A DNA stretch of 64,000 nucleotides from Prochlorococcus sp. AG-436-J02. Its GTDB lineage: Bacteria; Cyanobacteriota; Cyanobacteriia; PCC-6307; Cyanobiaceae. The DNA lies in assembly GCA_003212625.1 (NCBI GenBank), contig QCPI01000003.1, positions 5,747 through 69,746 of the forward strand, written 5' to 3'. Below, one piece after another: positions 29,736 to 40,683 of this stretch. The notes beneath the pieces are model-generated. The model saw only the letters and a list, made by a program, of their open reading frames with translations. It was not told the DNA's origin and searched no databases. The first letter of the stretch is position 1. The number at the start of each line of letters is the position of its first letter. The position numbers and the translations under genes were made by a program.

Positions 29736-32357
29736 ATGTTAACTAGTAAAGCTATTAAATTATCAGACTATATACCCTACCCTTTTTTGATACCAAGCAT
29801 ATATTTAGACTTTAATATTGGTAAGGATTATGTTGCTGTTCAAGCTTTGATGATAATTAAACCAAAGTCAAAAGAATCTTCAAAACTTATTTTTCATGGT
29901 AATCAAATTAAATTATTTTCAATATCAATAAATGGCAATGAATTGACTTCCGAAGAGTATTACGTTTCTGGTAATGATTTGGTAATTCATAACCCTCCAC
30001 AATCACAATTTGAATTAAAAATCAAATCTAAAATAGATCCTTTTAGCAATACATCATTAGAAGGTCTATATTTAAGCTCAGGAATGCTAACAACACAATG
30101 TGAGGCAGAAGGATTTAGACGCATTTGTTATCATCCAGATAGACCAGATGTGTTAAGTAAGTATACAGTGAGATTAGAAGCTGATAGGTTTTTATATCCT
30201 ACTCTTTTATCAAATGGCAATAGAAAGTATTCGGGTAACTTAAAGAACAATAATGATAGGCATGAAATTATCTGGGAAGATCCCTTCCCTAAACCCAGTT
30301 ATTTATTTGCTATGGTGGCTGGTAATTTACATCAAGTATCTGATAAATATCTTACAAAGAGTGGAAGATTGGTTAATATAAAGATATATGTTGAATATGA
30401 AAATCAAAAATATACTCAACACGCTATAAATTCTTTAAAAAAAGCAATGAAATGGGATGAGGAAAAATATTGCCTTGAGTATGATTTAGATGAATATAAA
30501 ATTGTTGCCGTAAGGCACTTTAATATGGGGGCAATGGAAAATAAAGGGCTCAATATTTTTAATTCAAAATTGGTATTGGCTGACTCAATAACTGCAACTG
30601 ATGATGAATTAGAAACAATAGAAAGTGTTATAGCACATGAGTATTTTCATAATTGGACTGGAAATAGAATCACATGTAGAGATTGGTTTCAGCTTTCTTT
30701 GAAAGAAGGATTGACGGTTTTTAGAGATCAATCTTTTACTTCAGATCTTCATGGTTATGGAGTAAAAAGGATTGAGGATGTTTCATTCTTGAGGAATTTT
30801 CAATTCACGGAAGATAAAGGACCTACATCTCATGCCGTGAAGCCTAAAGAATATGTTGCTATTGATAATTTTTATACTACGACAATATATGAGAAAGGTG
30901 CTGAGTTAATAAGAATGCTTGAGCTGTTATTAGGGCAAGAAAGGTTTATGAGAGGTTTTTGTAATTACATTGAAATTTTCGATGGCCATGCTGCTACAAC
31001 TGAGGATTTTATTAATTCAATTATAAATTGTAGCGATTTAGCAGTAGAAAGTGATACTTTTGATCTGGATAAATTTAATAATTGGTATTATCAACCTGGA
31101 ACACCAAAAGTTTACATAAATCAATCCTGGGATGAAGATAATTCAGTCTTAAATGTTTCTTTTGAGCAAAAGTTAGAAACTGTTAAAAACGATGAGAATA
31201 TTGAAATGGTTATACCAATTCTTTATTCTTGTTATAGTAGTGAAAAAGTAGGAAAAACTATTATAGATGAGGGTTTATTTGTATTAGATAAAAATAAAAA
31301 GAATCTCCAAATCAAAGCTTTTACTGGTGAGAAAAAAGCTCCTATTTTATCAATTTTTAGAGGTTTTTCTGCACCTGTTATATGGGAATCTGATCTATCT
31401 ATAGATAACTATCTGTTTCTTTTCCTAAATGATAATGATTATTTTACAAGATGGGATTCTGGTCAGTTTTTGATGAAGCGAATAATCAAAAATAGGATTA
31501 ATAAGGTAGAAGATTGTGCATTAGAATCGAGTTTTATTAATGCTATTAAACAGTCAATTCAATATTTTAAAAGTAAAGATCTTTTTTTCCTGGCAAATCT
31601 TATGACAATTCCTGGACTTACAGAATTGGAATCTTTGTTTAAGCAGGTGGATCCAATAAATATTTATAAGGAGTCTTTAGATTTTCAAGTTTCAATTGCT
31701 ATGAAAATTTTAGAGGATTTAAAAAAATTGTCTGAACATGTATCTTTAAATATTAATCAGGAATGGCCAATGGGGAGAGGAGAAAGAAAGATATTAGGAA
31801 GAATATGGTCTTATTTATCACTTGCAGGAGATAACAAAGTCAAAAGAAATTGTGTTAAATCGATTAGTCATTCCTCAATGACTATTGCAAGGGCAGCTCT
31901 TGAAGCCTTAAAGCCACTTGATAGCGCTGAGACAGAGGAGGCTTCTAACTTGTTTTACAATCTTTGGCAAGATAATCCAGTTGTTTTGGACTCATGGTTT
32001 GCTTATGAGGCCTCAAGACCTAGTAAGCATGGGATTTATTTTATTGAAAAATTATTATCTCATTCCAGATTTGATTGGAAAGCTCCAAATGCAATACGAG
32101 CTGTTTTAGGAGGATTTAGTAAAAATATTGAATTATTTCATTCTTTGGATGGACAAGGCTATTTATTTATGGCTGAAAAATTAATAGAGGTTGATAAAAT
32201 TAATCCAATAACGGCTTCAAGAATAGCGAAAGTTTTTAGTAAATGGAAAACTTACACAGATAAAAATAAAGATTCAATGTATAAAGCAATTTTAAAAATA
32301 AATCAAGCTAATATTTCTTCAAATACAAGAGAGGTGGTGGAACTTATTTTGAAGTAA
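29736..32357 (+). CDS. pepN: Aminopeptidase N (M1 family)
   Basis: TQCEAEGFR, GAMENKGLNIFN, HEYFHNWTGNR, LKEGLT, YEKGAE. Confidence 0.96.
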   Translation: MLTSKAIKLSDYIPYPFLIPSIYLDFNIGKDYVAVQALMIIKPKSKESSKLIFHGNQIKLFSISINGNELTSEEYYVSGNDLVIHNPPQSQFELKIKSKIDPFSNTSLEGLYLSSGMLTTQCEAEGFRRICYHPDRPDVLSKYTVRLEADRFLYPTLLSNGNRKYSGNLKNNNDRHEIIWEDPFPKPSYLFAMVAGNLHQVSDKYLTKSGRLVNIKIYVEYENQKYTQHAINSLKKAMKWDEEKYCLEYDLDEYKIVAVRHFNMGAMENKGLNIFNSKLVLADSITATDDELETIESVIAHEYFHNWTGNRITCRDWFQLSLKEGLTVFRDQSFTSDLHGYGVKRIEDVSFLRNFQFTEDKGPTSHAVKPKEYVAIDNFYTTTIYEKGAELIRMLELLLGQERFMRGFCNYIEIFDGHAATTEDFINSIINCSDLAVESDTFDLDKFNNWYYQPGTPKVYINQSWDEDNSVLNVSFEQKLETVKNDENIEMVIPILYSCYSSEKVGKTIIDEGLFVLDKNKKNLQIKAFTGEKKAPILSIFRGFSAPVIWESDLSIDNYLFLFLNDNDYFTRWDSGQFLMKRIIKNRINKVEDCALESSFINAIKQSIQYFKSKDLFFLANLMTIPGLTELESLFKQVDPINIYKESLDFQVSIAMKILEDLKKLSEHVSLNINQEWPMGRGERKILGRIWSYLSLAGDNKVKRNCVKSISHSSMTIARAALEALKPLDSAETEEASNLFYNLWQDNPVVLDSWFAYEASRPSKHGIYFIEKLLSHSRFDWKAPNAIRAVLGGFSKNIELFHSLDGQGYLFMAEKLIEVDKINPITASRIAKVFSKWKTYTDKNKDSMYKAILKINQANISSNTREVVELILK

Positions 32358-32367
32358 TTTTAGTCAA

Positions 32368-33363
32368 TTATCTAAACATTGAACTAACAGAACTTTCTTC
32401 GTGAATTCTCCAGATAGCTTCCCCAAGCATATTCGCAACTGATAAAACCTTTAACTGTGAGAAATGCAGGTTGTTTGGTACTGGAATACTATTGGTGACA
32501 ATAACTTGTTCAAAAAGCTCTTTTTTTGAAAGCCTTTCATAAGCAGGTGGAGAGAAAACAGCATGCGATGCACATGCGATAACTTTTTTTGCACCCTCTT
32601 TCCTTAATAATTCAGCTCCTGCACATATCGTGCCACCTGTGTCAATCATATCGTCAATTAATATGGCAGTCTTTCCTGAGACTTCTCCGATTACAGTAAG
32701 ACTTTCAGCAACATTATGACCAGATCTTCTTTTATCAATAATGGCTAAAGGTGAATCTTGCATTTGTTTAGCAAAAGCCCTTGCTCTAGCTACGCCTCCT
32801 ACATCAGGAGATACAACCACGATTTCTTCAAGCTCCATTTTTGATAGATAATCCACTAAAACTGGTGAACCATATATGTGATCACAAGGAATATCGAAAT
32901 AACCTTGTATTTGAGCTGAATGTAAATCCATAGCAAGGACTCGATCAACTCCTGATTTAACAAGAATATTTGCCGTAAGTTTTGCTGTTATCGACTCTCT
33001 ACCGGCTGTCTTTCTATCGGCTCTTGCATAGCCAAAATATGGAATTACAGCTGTGATTTGTCGTGCAGAAGCCCTTTTACAAGCATCAACCATAATCATC
33101 AGCTCCATTAAACTGTCGTTAACAGGAGCACATGTTGGTTGTATTAGAAAAACATCACAACCTCTAATTGATTGCTGGATTTGAACATAGAGCTCTCCAT
33201 CCGCAAACCTCTTTGATACAAGAGGGACATTTGTTATCCCCATGTAAGTGGCAATCTCTTTGGCTAATGCTGTATTAGATGTTCCACTTATTAACCTGAG
33301 TCTATTAGTGTCATGCGTGATACTAGTATTTTCAGGATGTGCTGCAGTGATAAAACTGGTCAC
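32368..33363 (-). CDS. prs: Ribose-phosphate pyrophosphokinase
   Basis: FADGE, PYFGYARADRK, DLHSAQIQGYF, VSPDVGG, DDMIDTGGT; GTG at 33363 is the likely start. Confidence 0.96.
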   Translation of the reverse strand: MTSFITAAHPENTSITHDTNRLRLISGTSNTALAKEIATYMGITNVPLVSKRFADGELYVQIQQSIRGCDVFLIQPTCAPVNDSLMELMIMVDACKRASARQITAVIPYFGYARADRKTAGRESITAKLTANILVKSGVDRVLAMDLHSAQIQGYFDIPCDHIYGSPVLVDYLSKMELEEIVVVSPDVGGVARARAFAKQMQDSPLAIIDKRRSGHNVAESLTVIGEVSGKTAILIDDMIDTGGTICAGAELLRKEGAKKVIACASHAVFSPPAYERLSKKELFEQVIVTNSIPVPNNLHFSQLKVLSVANMLGEAIWRIHEESSVSSMFR

Positions 33364-33492
33364 GGTGCCACCGCAAGCAAGAAATATATCTACCAATCTA
33401 CAGTTATGTTCGTTACCTGATCATGAAAAAGCTTTTTTTTAATTACTTCTTAGGAGATTTAATTTACTGTGACATAAGATAAAATACTTGCA

Positions 33493-33810
33493 ATGACTTG
33501 GTTTTGGGGTGGAGAAGTAGAAGAAAAAATCTTCTGAAGAGTTTCCTTTTGAAAACTTTCATAATATGACTTCAGCAAATATATTAATACTTTAATTGGA
33601 TATGCTTGCTCGGGATTTTAAAGTGCAGGTTGTTGGCTTGAGTTTTAGTAAGATCGACCTCTCCTTCTAGTCTTTAGATATATCTTTAAGTCCTAGGGAG
33701 GTAACCTGGATTGGCTTTTAGTTTATTTTGATGAAATAATCTATCTTTTTTTCTATCAAAGTAAATTTAATAGGAGAGGGACTTGGATCCAAAATAATTT
33801 AATTGATGGG
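33493..33810 (+). pseudogene. Probable decayed gene relic divergent from prs
   Basis: Protein-like blocks MTWFWGGEVEEKIF*, (frame +1) DFKVQVVGLSFSKIDLSF*SLDISLSPREVTWIGF* and RRGTWIQNN, broken by stops and frameshifts; GC visibly above the neighbouring spacer. Confidence 0.45.
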
Positions 33811-34108
33811 AAAAGCATACTCACGATATTGCTTTTTATTTGGCAAAAAATTTATTTCTTATTTACGAATTAAGCTTTATAGAAACTAATTAATTAATAT
33901 AAACTTCATTTATTATAAGTTTTCTTGATTAAAAAATTATCTGGTTTTGAAAGTCAAACAATAAATAGTCTTTATACTATGAATTTAATTTCCTAGTTAT
34001 TTAAGTAAAAAACTTTCTATTTCATGACAGCATTCATTTTGAATTTAGTAAATTAATAGCTTTATTTGTATTTCTTTTCTATTTTTTAGAAATAATACAA
34101 GGTGAACA

Positions 34109-35599
34109 TTGGAAAGAAATTCAGGAATCCTTCTTCATCCAACCTCATTACCTGACACTCCCATTTGTGGTACTTTTGGAAACCCTGCACGTGTATGGCT
34201 CAATGATCTTGCTAAATCTGGAATAGGGGTTTGGCAATTCCTACCTCTTGCGCCTCCCGATTCATTGGGTTCTCCATATAGCTCTCCATCAAGCTTTGCT
34301 CTTAATCCTTGGTTCCTAGACAAAAATGATTTAGTGAGAGACGGTTTTTTGGCTGAAAATATAGAAAATTTTCCGTCTAATATAGTTAATCTTGAGGAGA
34401 GAGTTGATTTTCAACTGGCTAATTCAAAGGCTAAATTTTTAAGTTCTTCTTTGGTTGATTATTGGGAAAAACAGAATGTAGCTATTAAAAAAGAATTTTA
34501 TATGTGGTGTGAAAAACAATTTTGGTTAGAAGATCATTCTATGTTTATGGAACTAAGGTCGCAAAATAATAATCTTCCTTGGTGGAAATGGTCAGATAAT
34601 TTTTCAATTTACGATAAGAAAGAATTGGCAAATTGGAAAAAACATAACGAAAAAGAATTGTTAGGCCATAATTTGATTCAATGGCATTTAGATAGACAGT
34701 GGAAATCAATAAGAGAATTAGCAAAAAATCTAGGAATTCTTTTGTTTGGAGATGTTCCTTTTTATGTATCTAAAGATAGTGCAGATGTATGGAGTAATCG
34801 ATCACTATTTTCTATTTTAACTAATTCAGATACATATCTTCAAAGTGGTGTACCTCCTGATTATTTTTCTGAAACAGGTCAACTTTGGGGGAATCCTGTT
34901 TATCGTTGGAGTAGACACAAAGCCAATAAATTCAAATGGTGGAGAAAGAGAATTTTAAGACACCTAGAACAAGTAGATTTTCTACGTATTGATCATTTTC
35001 GTGCGCTTGAAGCTTTTTGGGCAATTCCAGGTAAAGATCAAACTGCCGAGAATGGATTTTGGTTACCTTCTCCTGGGAGGGAGATACTACGTTTAATAAA
35101 AAAAGATTGCGGAGGTTCGCTTCCTTTAGTTGCTGAAGATTTAGGTTTTATCACCTCAGAAGTTGAGAACTTACGTGATGATTATCAATTAGCAGGAATG
35201 AAAATACTTCAATTTGCTTTTGATGGGAATTGTGATAACCCATATTTACCAGAGAATATCAAAGATGAGAATTGGGTAATTTATACTGGAACACATGATA
35301 ATTCAACTTCACTTGGCTGGTGGAGAGAAATGAATCTAGAAAGAAAAGAACAAATCAAAGAAAGAATTCTTGATTATGATAATTTCTCATCTTGGGAATT
35401 GATTCGAATTGGGATGGAATCTAAAGCAAAATTATTTGTGGCTCCAATGCAGGATTTGTTGAATCTTGATGATAGTTCTCGAATAAATAAACCTGGCACA
35501 ATAGAAAATAATTGGTCGTGGAGATTAACTAACAATAATTTCAATATAAAAGCAGCTTTGAAAAAATATGGTGATTTAGCAGAAACATACCAACGATAA
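34109..35599 (+). CDS. malQ: 4-alpha-glucanotransferase (amylomaltase, GH77)
   Basis: GILLHPTSLP, SPYSSPSSFA, GVPPDYFSETGQLWGNP, RIDHFR, AEDLG, YTGTHDN. Confidence 0.96.
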   Translation: MERNSGILLHPTSLPDTPICGTFGNPARVWLNDLAKSGIGVWQFLPLAPPDSLGSPYSSPSSFALNPWFLDKNDLVRDGFLAENIENFPSNIVNLEERVDFQLANSKAKFLSSSLVDYWEKQNVAIKKEFYMWCEKQFWLEDHSMFMELRSQNNNLPWWKWSDNFSIYDKKELANWKKHNEKELLGHNLIQWHLDRQWKSIRELAKNLGILLFGDVPFYVSKDSADVWSNRSLFSILTNSDTYLQSGVPPDYFSETGQLWGNPVYRWSRHKANKFKWWRKRILRHLEQVDFLRIDHFRALEAFWAIPGKDQTAENGFWLPSPGREILRLIKKDCGGSLPLVAEDLGFITSEVENLRDDYQLAGMKILQFAFDGNCDNPYLPENIKDENWVIYTGTHDNSTSLGWWREMNLERKEQIKERILDYDNFSSWELIRIGMESKAKLFVAPMQDLLNLDDSSRINKPGTIENNWSWRLTNNNFNIKAALKKYGDLAETYQR

Positions 35600-35608
35600 A
35601 ACTTTCAT

Positions 35609-36136
35609 TTATTGCTTGCTATTAATTGTATCCTTATTATTTATATTAGTCTCATTAATGATCACTGGTTCAGTGGATATACTGTTTATTTTTAGAAGAT
35701 ATTTTAGTTGACTATTAAGAGCTAATATTGATAAAAACATAAATATTAAATATAATGTACTCCCAATCCAGCTATTTAGAAAGTCTATATTAATAAAATT
35801 AAATTTTAAGCTGGATAGACTATTTTTGATAATCTTACTTTCTAATAGACCATTTAGACTTCCTCTTTCTAAATCAAGCTCAACCTCAATTGTTTTTAGA
35901 ATTGATATTAAATAAGTTGTTTCTGGGAGATGGTTTTTTAAACCATTCTCAATCGCTTTTAATACATTTCTTGAAATTTTCGTCTTAGTTGATAACTCTT
36001 CTAATGAAATTCCGAGTTTATTTCTTTGAGATGTAAATAAACTAATCGCTTTTATAAATTCAGAATCAGTCTCTGCCTTGTATTCTGAATTTGACAAGTC
36101 TGATAAGGGTTTTTTGAAAGAAAAATTTAAAGCCAT
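35609..36136 (-). CDS. XRE-type HTH protein with C-terminal TM helix (RodZ-like architecture)
   Basis: RNKLGISLEELSTKTKISRNVLKAIENG..HLPE followed by one hydrophobic helix. Confidence 0.75.
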   Translation of the reverse strand: MALNFSFKKPLSDLSNSEYKAETDSEFIKAISLFTSQRNKLGISLEELSTKTKISRNVLKAIENGLKNHLPETTYLISILKTIEVELDLERGSLNGLLESKIIKNSLSSLKFNFINIDFLNSWIGSTLYLIFMFLSILALNSQLKYLLKINSISTEPVIINETNINNKDTINSKQ

Positions 36137-36151
36137 ACAGTTGAAAAACTC

Positions 36152-36865
36152 TTAATCTAGAAGTGAGATCCATTCTTTTGTTTTTAGCTCTCTCCATTTC
36201 CCTTCTTTTAAGCCATTCAATTTTATATTTGAGATAGCTATCCTTTGCAGATCTTGTACTGGATGCCCTAAAAGGCTTGCTATTCTGCGAATTTGTCGAT
36301 TACGCCCTTCTTTTAGAATAACTTTAAGAAGAGTTTTGTTATTGATAATTTCTATCACTTCTATAGTCGCTGGCATCGTCATTTTTCCATCAATTAAAAG
36401 ACCTTTTCTCCAGTTATTTAATATTGATTGATTAGGTTGACCATTTACCCAAACCATATATGTTTTTGTATGGGAGTAACTGGGATGGGTAAGTCTTAGA
36501 GTTAACTCTCCATGATTAGTTAATAGAATTGCTCCTCTGCTGTCTGAATCTAGGCGACCTATAGGATGTAAACCAGGGCGTAAATCAAATGGGATTAAAC
36601 TTAAAATTGTTTTTCTTCCATGATTGTCTTGGCAGGTAGATATGATTCCATGAGGTTTATTTAAAAGAAAAACTTTATGGTTTTTCTTTTTAGGTAGATC
36701 TTTTCCATCAACTAAAATACGATCAGACTTAGGATCTGCTTTCTCTCCTATAAGAGCTCGTCTCCCATTTAAAGTAACTCTGCCTTGTTTGATCAGTAAG
36801 TCAGCCTTTCGTCTTGATAATAGACCGGATCCAGATATTATTTTTTGCAATCTACTAATTTCCAT
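36152..36865 (-). CDS. rRNA pseudouridine synthase (RsuA/RluB family)
   Basis: S4 domain RLQK..SRRKAD, LNKP.G, GRLDSDSRG, EGRNRQIRR. Confidence 0.92.
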   Translation of the reverse strand: MEISRLQKIISGSGLLSRRKADLLIKQGRVTLNGRRALIGEKADPKSDRILVDGKDLPKKKNHKVFLLNKPHGIISTCQDNHGRKTILSLIPFDLRPGLHPIGRLDSDSRGAILLTNHGELTLRLTHPSYSHTKTYMVWVNGQPNQSILNNWRKGLLIDGKMTMPATIEVIEIINNKTLLKVILKEGRNRQIRRIASLLGHPVQDLQRIAISNIKLNGLKEGKWRELKTKEWISLLD

Positions 36866-36933
36866 TATATATACATGGTTTTCAATTTAAGATTAACCTA
36901 ATTGGAATTAGAGATTATAGATAACATTTTTTA

Positions 36934-37392
36934 TTAGAAAAAATCATCTATTTCCTTCACTGTGCCAGCTTCTACTTGGATCCATAAATCTTTTATGGCT
37001 TTCCACATGCTTACACCAAAAAGGATTGAGACTATTGATGAAAATATGAAAGATTTTACAATTGAGAAGTTTATTAGACTTAAGGCGCTTACGAATATAA
37101 TTGTCAGTCCTATAAAGAATGAAAACCAACTTGATATCGTCCTTGGGTTCTCTAGTGGGAGAGGAGAAATCTTCTTTGTTGTCCAATTATTTAATTTAGA
37201 TTTCATTATGTCTGCAAATATTAACCCAGACATTAGACATATAAATACGCCAAATGAAAGCCAAGTAACAGGATCTTCAATTGGTTTTATTTGTTGATAA
37301 TCAGAAATGAATTCGTCTATATTAGGAATGCCTGCTTCATCTAGATTAACTGTAATATATATGATTATACTTTTAACATTATTATAAATCAT
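36934..37392 (-). CDS. Hypothetical membrane protein (start uncertain)
   Basis: Three hydrophobic segments and a C-terminal EIDDFF; co-oriented between the ABC1 kinase and the pseudouridine synthase. Confidence 0.7.
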   Translation of the reverse strand: MIYNNVKSIIIYITVNLDEAGIPNIDEFISDYQQIKPIEDPVTWLSFGVFICLMSGLIFADIMKSKLNNWTTKKISPLPLENPRTISSWFSFFIGLTIIFVSALSLINFSIVKSFIFSSIVSILFGVSMWKAIKDLWIQVEAGTVKEIDDFF

Positions 37393-37439
37393 ATTTACAA
37401 CTTGATTTTTATTCTTTTAGTATATTTTATAATAACCAT

Positions 37440-39086
37440 CTATGCAACTTGTGTATTGTTTTGTTTTAGAAGGCCTGAAGCCATTCTTAAAGGATTAAAT
37501 GTTTTTCTTACTAATTTGATTAATTGCTTCATATCTTTTGTATCGATTTTTTCATCTTTAATGATACTCATTAATAAATTTTTCCTGATTAATGTGCCTT
37601 TAGAACTAGTTAAGAGCTTAAGACCAGCTCCTGCTACTGGAATTAACTCTTTTGCTGGTGTCGTCGAGTCTTTCACTAATACATCAAATAAGTCTTCAAC
37701 TCGTTCGACTCTTATATGCCCGTTTTCATCAAATATTACGTCTAACAATATATTTATCATCTCGTTTGTATCTGAAGTAAGTAATCTTTTAGCTACATAG
37801 GGATATGCCAAGTCAATAATTTTGAAATCAGGATCTAATCTTAAAGCAAGACCCTCTTGGCTTATTACTGCTCTAATTATTAAAGCAAATCTTGCTGGAA
37901 CTCTAAATGGGTAATCAAACATTAGCTCTGAGAATTTATTAGTAATTTCTTTAAAATTAAAAGAGGCAACATCTTTACCTATTGCACTACCAAGTACTTC
38001 CTTTAAAACTGGAATTAGAGGTTTTAGATCTTGATCTTTATTTAGGAAACCAAGCTTTTGGAAATCTTTTGCTACTGCATGAAAATCATTATTAATTAAA
38101 TGAACAATTGCACCTGTTAGGGTTAATCTGTCTTCTTCAGATATTGAGTCCATCATTCCGAAATCAACGTAAGCTATATTTCCTAGATCGCCATTATTGC
38201 CTTTAAGAGCGAACATATTTCCTGGATGAGGATCTGCATGAAAGTATCCGAATTCCAATAATTGTTGTATTCCACTAATAACGCCAGTTCTAATTATTTG
38301 TGATGGGTTTAAATTATTTGTAATTAATTCTTTTCTATCTTTTAGTTTTGTACCATCAATCCAGCTTGTAGTTAATATTTTTACTGATGATAAATGTCTT
38401 TCTACTTTTGGAATCGAAACGGAGTTGTTATTGTGAAAAAGCTTAGAAAATTTCTCGGCATTATCTGCCTCTTTTTTATAATCAACTTCATCAAATAAAC
38501 TTCTCCCAAACTCATCTATTATTTCCCCTAATCCGAATCCAAGATTTAAAGGAAGTAATGGAGCACTAAGAACTCCTAGTATTTTAATGATGACAATATC
38601 TCTCCTGATGTTAAAAATCAGAAGAGGCCTTTGAACTTTTACTGCTACCCAATAGTTGTTGGTTAACTTGGCTTTGTAAACCTGCCCAAGACTCGCAGAA
38701 GCTATTGGTGCGGATGGAAAATCTTCAAAAAGTTCATTTACTGATCTACCTAGCTCACTTTCGATAATTTGTAGTGCTTGTTCGTGGCAAAATGCAGGCA
38801 AATTGTCTTGTAAATTTGTTAATTCCTCAAGCCAATCTTTTCTTATTAGATCTGGCCTAGTGGATAGAGCTTGACCTACTTTTATAAAACAGGGACCAAG
38901 ACCAATAAGTGTCTTTAGAAGGAATTTAGCGAGATTCTTTTGCGTCTTATCGTCATTGCTTGAACCTTGAAAAATAAGTCTTACTAAAAGAAGTGATATT
39001 GCACCAACGATCTGAATAAATCTGGGCACTAATAGCCAAGGTCTTGAAATTAACCAGATTAAGTCTCTTCTGAAATCGTATTTCAT
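37440..39086 (-). CDS. AarF/ABC1/UbiB family atypical kinase
   Basis: LGPCFIKVGQALSTRPDL, ASASLGQVY, VAVKVQRP, FHADPHPGN, DFGMM. Confidence 0.93.
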   Translation of the reverse strand: MKYDFRRDLIWLISRPWLLVPRFIQIVGAISLLLVRLIFQGSSNDDKTQKNLAKFLLKTLIGLGPCFIKVGQALSTRPDLIRKDWLEELTNLQDNLPAFCHEQALQIIESELGRSVNELFEDFPSAPIASASLGQVYKAKLTNNYWVAVKVQRPLLIFNIRRDIVIIKILGVLSAPLLPLNLGFGLGEIIDEFGRSLFDEVDYKKEADNAEKFSKLFHNNNSVSIPKVERHLSSVKILTTSWIDGTKLKDRKELITNNLNPSQIIRTGVISGIQQLLEFGYFHADPHPGNMFALKGNNGDLGNIAYVDFGMMDSISEEDRLTLTGAIVHLINNDFHAVAKDFQKLGFLNKDQDLKPLIPVLKEVLGSAIGKDVASFNFKEITNKFSELMFDYPFRVPARFALIIRAVISQEGLALRLDPDFKIIDLAYPYVAKRLLTSDTNEMINILLDVIFDENGHIRVERVEDLFDVLVKDSTTPAKELIPVAGAGLKLLTSSKGTLIRKNLLMSIIKDEKIDTKDMKQLIKLVRKTFNPLRMASGLLKQNNTQVA

Positions 39087-39186
39087 ACATTCATCATAAG
39101 TTCTGTTGGCTAAAGCTCTAAGACGTTCTTTTGATTTGCTTACTGATTAATTTAACTACATTGAGTTCAAGGAATCCTTTTATTCT

Positions 39187-40584
39187 ATGAGTCTGATTAC
39201 TTTGCTTTCTGGCAATAGTAGCGAAAATCTTTTCTTGCCAGCTCATGGAAGAGGTAAGGGTCTTCCTGAAAAGCTAAGAAATCTACTAAAGCTAAAGCCA
39301 GGTATCTGGGATCTACCTGAACTTTTCGAAATTGGTGGCCCCTTAATTGATGAAGGAGCAATAGCAGAAAGTCAAAAGTGTTCTGCTTATAAAGTTGGAG
39401 TAGATAGATGTTGGTATGGAGTTAACGGTGCTACCGGTTTACTTCAAAGTTCATTGCTAGCTCTCGCTCGACCTGGTCAGGCAGTCCTTATGCCCAGGAA
39501 TATTCATAAAAGTTGTATTCAAGCATGCTTGTTTGGAGGATTAACACCAATACTTTTTGATGTCCCTTTCCTCTCTGATAGAGGTCATGCCTCTGTTTTT
39601 GATAGAACATGGTTGCAAACGGTTTTTTGTAAAGCAAAAGAACTAGAAGAGGATATAGCCGCAGTAGTTCTAGTTAATCCAACATATCAAGGCTATTCGG
39701 CAGATATTGAATCTCTAATTAAAGAGATTCATTCGCATTCATTGCCAGTACTGGTTGATGAGGCTCATGGTGCTTATCTGATAAGTGAGCTCAGACCCGA
39801 TTTGCCCAAATCAGCTTTATCTTTTGGTGCTGATCTTGTGGTTCACTCACTCCATAAATCTGCTCCTGGATTAGTTCAATCAGCAGTTTTATGGTCACAA
39901 GGTGGCAAGGTTGATCCATTTAGAATAGAGAGAAGTATAGAGCTGCTTCAAACTTCAAGCCCAAGTTCTTTATTGTTAGCTTCTTGTGAAAGCGCAATAA
40001 AGGAACTTATTGAATCTCAAGGACAAAAGAAATTGATTTCGCTTATTGAAGAAGCTGAGTCTTTTTCAGACTTTTTGATTAATCATGAAGTACCACTCCT
40101 TGATAACAGTGATCCACTAAGAATTATTCTTCACTCATCTAAGTTTGGTTTGAGTGGTATTGAAGTTGACAAACAGTTTATAAAGAAAAGAATCATTGGA
40201 GAATTAGCTGAACCAGGAACATTGACTTTTTGCCTTGGGTTCTCTTCTCACAAGGGCTTGGAAAAAAAATTTGTAAGAATTTGGAATGAAATTCTTAAAT
40301 CTTCGTTTAGCCAACAAAAATTTTATTTATTTACTAGGCCACCTTTTGAGATCGTTGCTACGCCAAGCAGGCCATGTTCCTTTTCTTGGGGATCGAATTT
40401 TGAAAAGGTTAACTTGAAGGATTCAATAGGAAGAATTTCAGTTGAGATGGTTTGCCCTTATCCTCCTGGCATACCTTTATTAATTCCTGGTGAGATCTTG
40501 GACAAAGCTCGTGTTGATTGGTTGATAGAGCAAAGAGGTTTTTGGCCAGAGCAAATTCCTGATTTTGTAAGAGTTGTTTCTTGA
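39187..40584 (+). CDS. Orn/Lys/Arg decarboxylase family (PLP fold I)
   Basis: LPAHGRG, VNGAT, RNIHKS, VDEAHG, HSLHKS, TSSPS, PYPPGIP. Confidence 0.9.
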   Translation: MSLITLLSGNSSENLFLPAHGRGKGLPEKLRNLLKLKPGIWDLPELFEIGGPLIDEGAIAESQKCSAYKVGVDRCWYGVNGATGLLQSSLLALARPGQAVLMPRNIHKSCIQACLFGGLTPILFDVPFLSDRGHASVFDRTWLQTVFCKAKELEEDIAAVVLVNPTYQGYSADIESLIKEIHSHSLPVLVDEAHGAYLISELRPDLPKSALSFGADLVVHSLHKSAPGLVQSAVLWSQGGKVDPFRIERSIELLQTSSPSSLLLASCESAIKELIESQGQKKLISLIEEAESFSDFLINHEVPLLDNSDPLRIILHSSKFGLSGIEVDKQFIKKRIIGELAEPGTLTFCLGFSSHKGLEKKFVRIWNEILKSSFSQQKFYLFTRPPFEIVATPSRPCSFSWGSNFEKVNLKDSIGRISVEMVCPYPPGIPLLIPGEILDKARVDWLIEQRGFWPEQIPDFVRVVS

Positions 40585-40683
40585 TTAATAATATCTACTT
40601 ATAAGTTATAATGAAAATCATTATAAATAATCCTTTTAAAGCATGTTTTCTATAAGAAAGCTATATCTTTTTCATCAGAATTA

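Noticed and set aside
37402-37800. 132-aa + strand ORF, and the neighbouring 36962-37297 ORF
   Set aside because: They lie antisense to the ABC1 kinase and the membrane protein; the hydrophobic look comes from reverse-complemented AT-rich codons.
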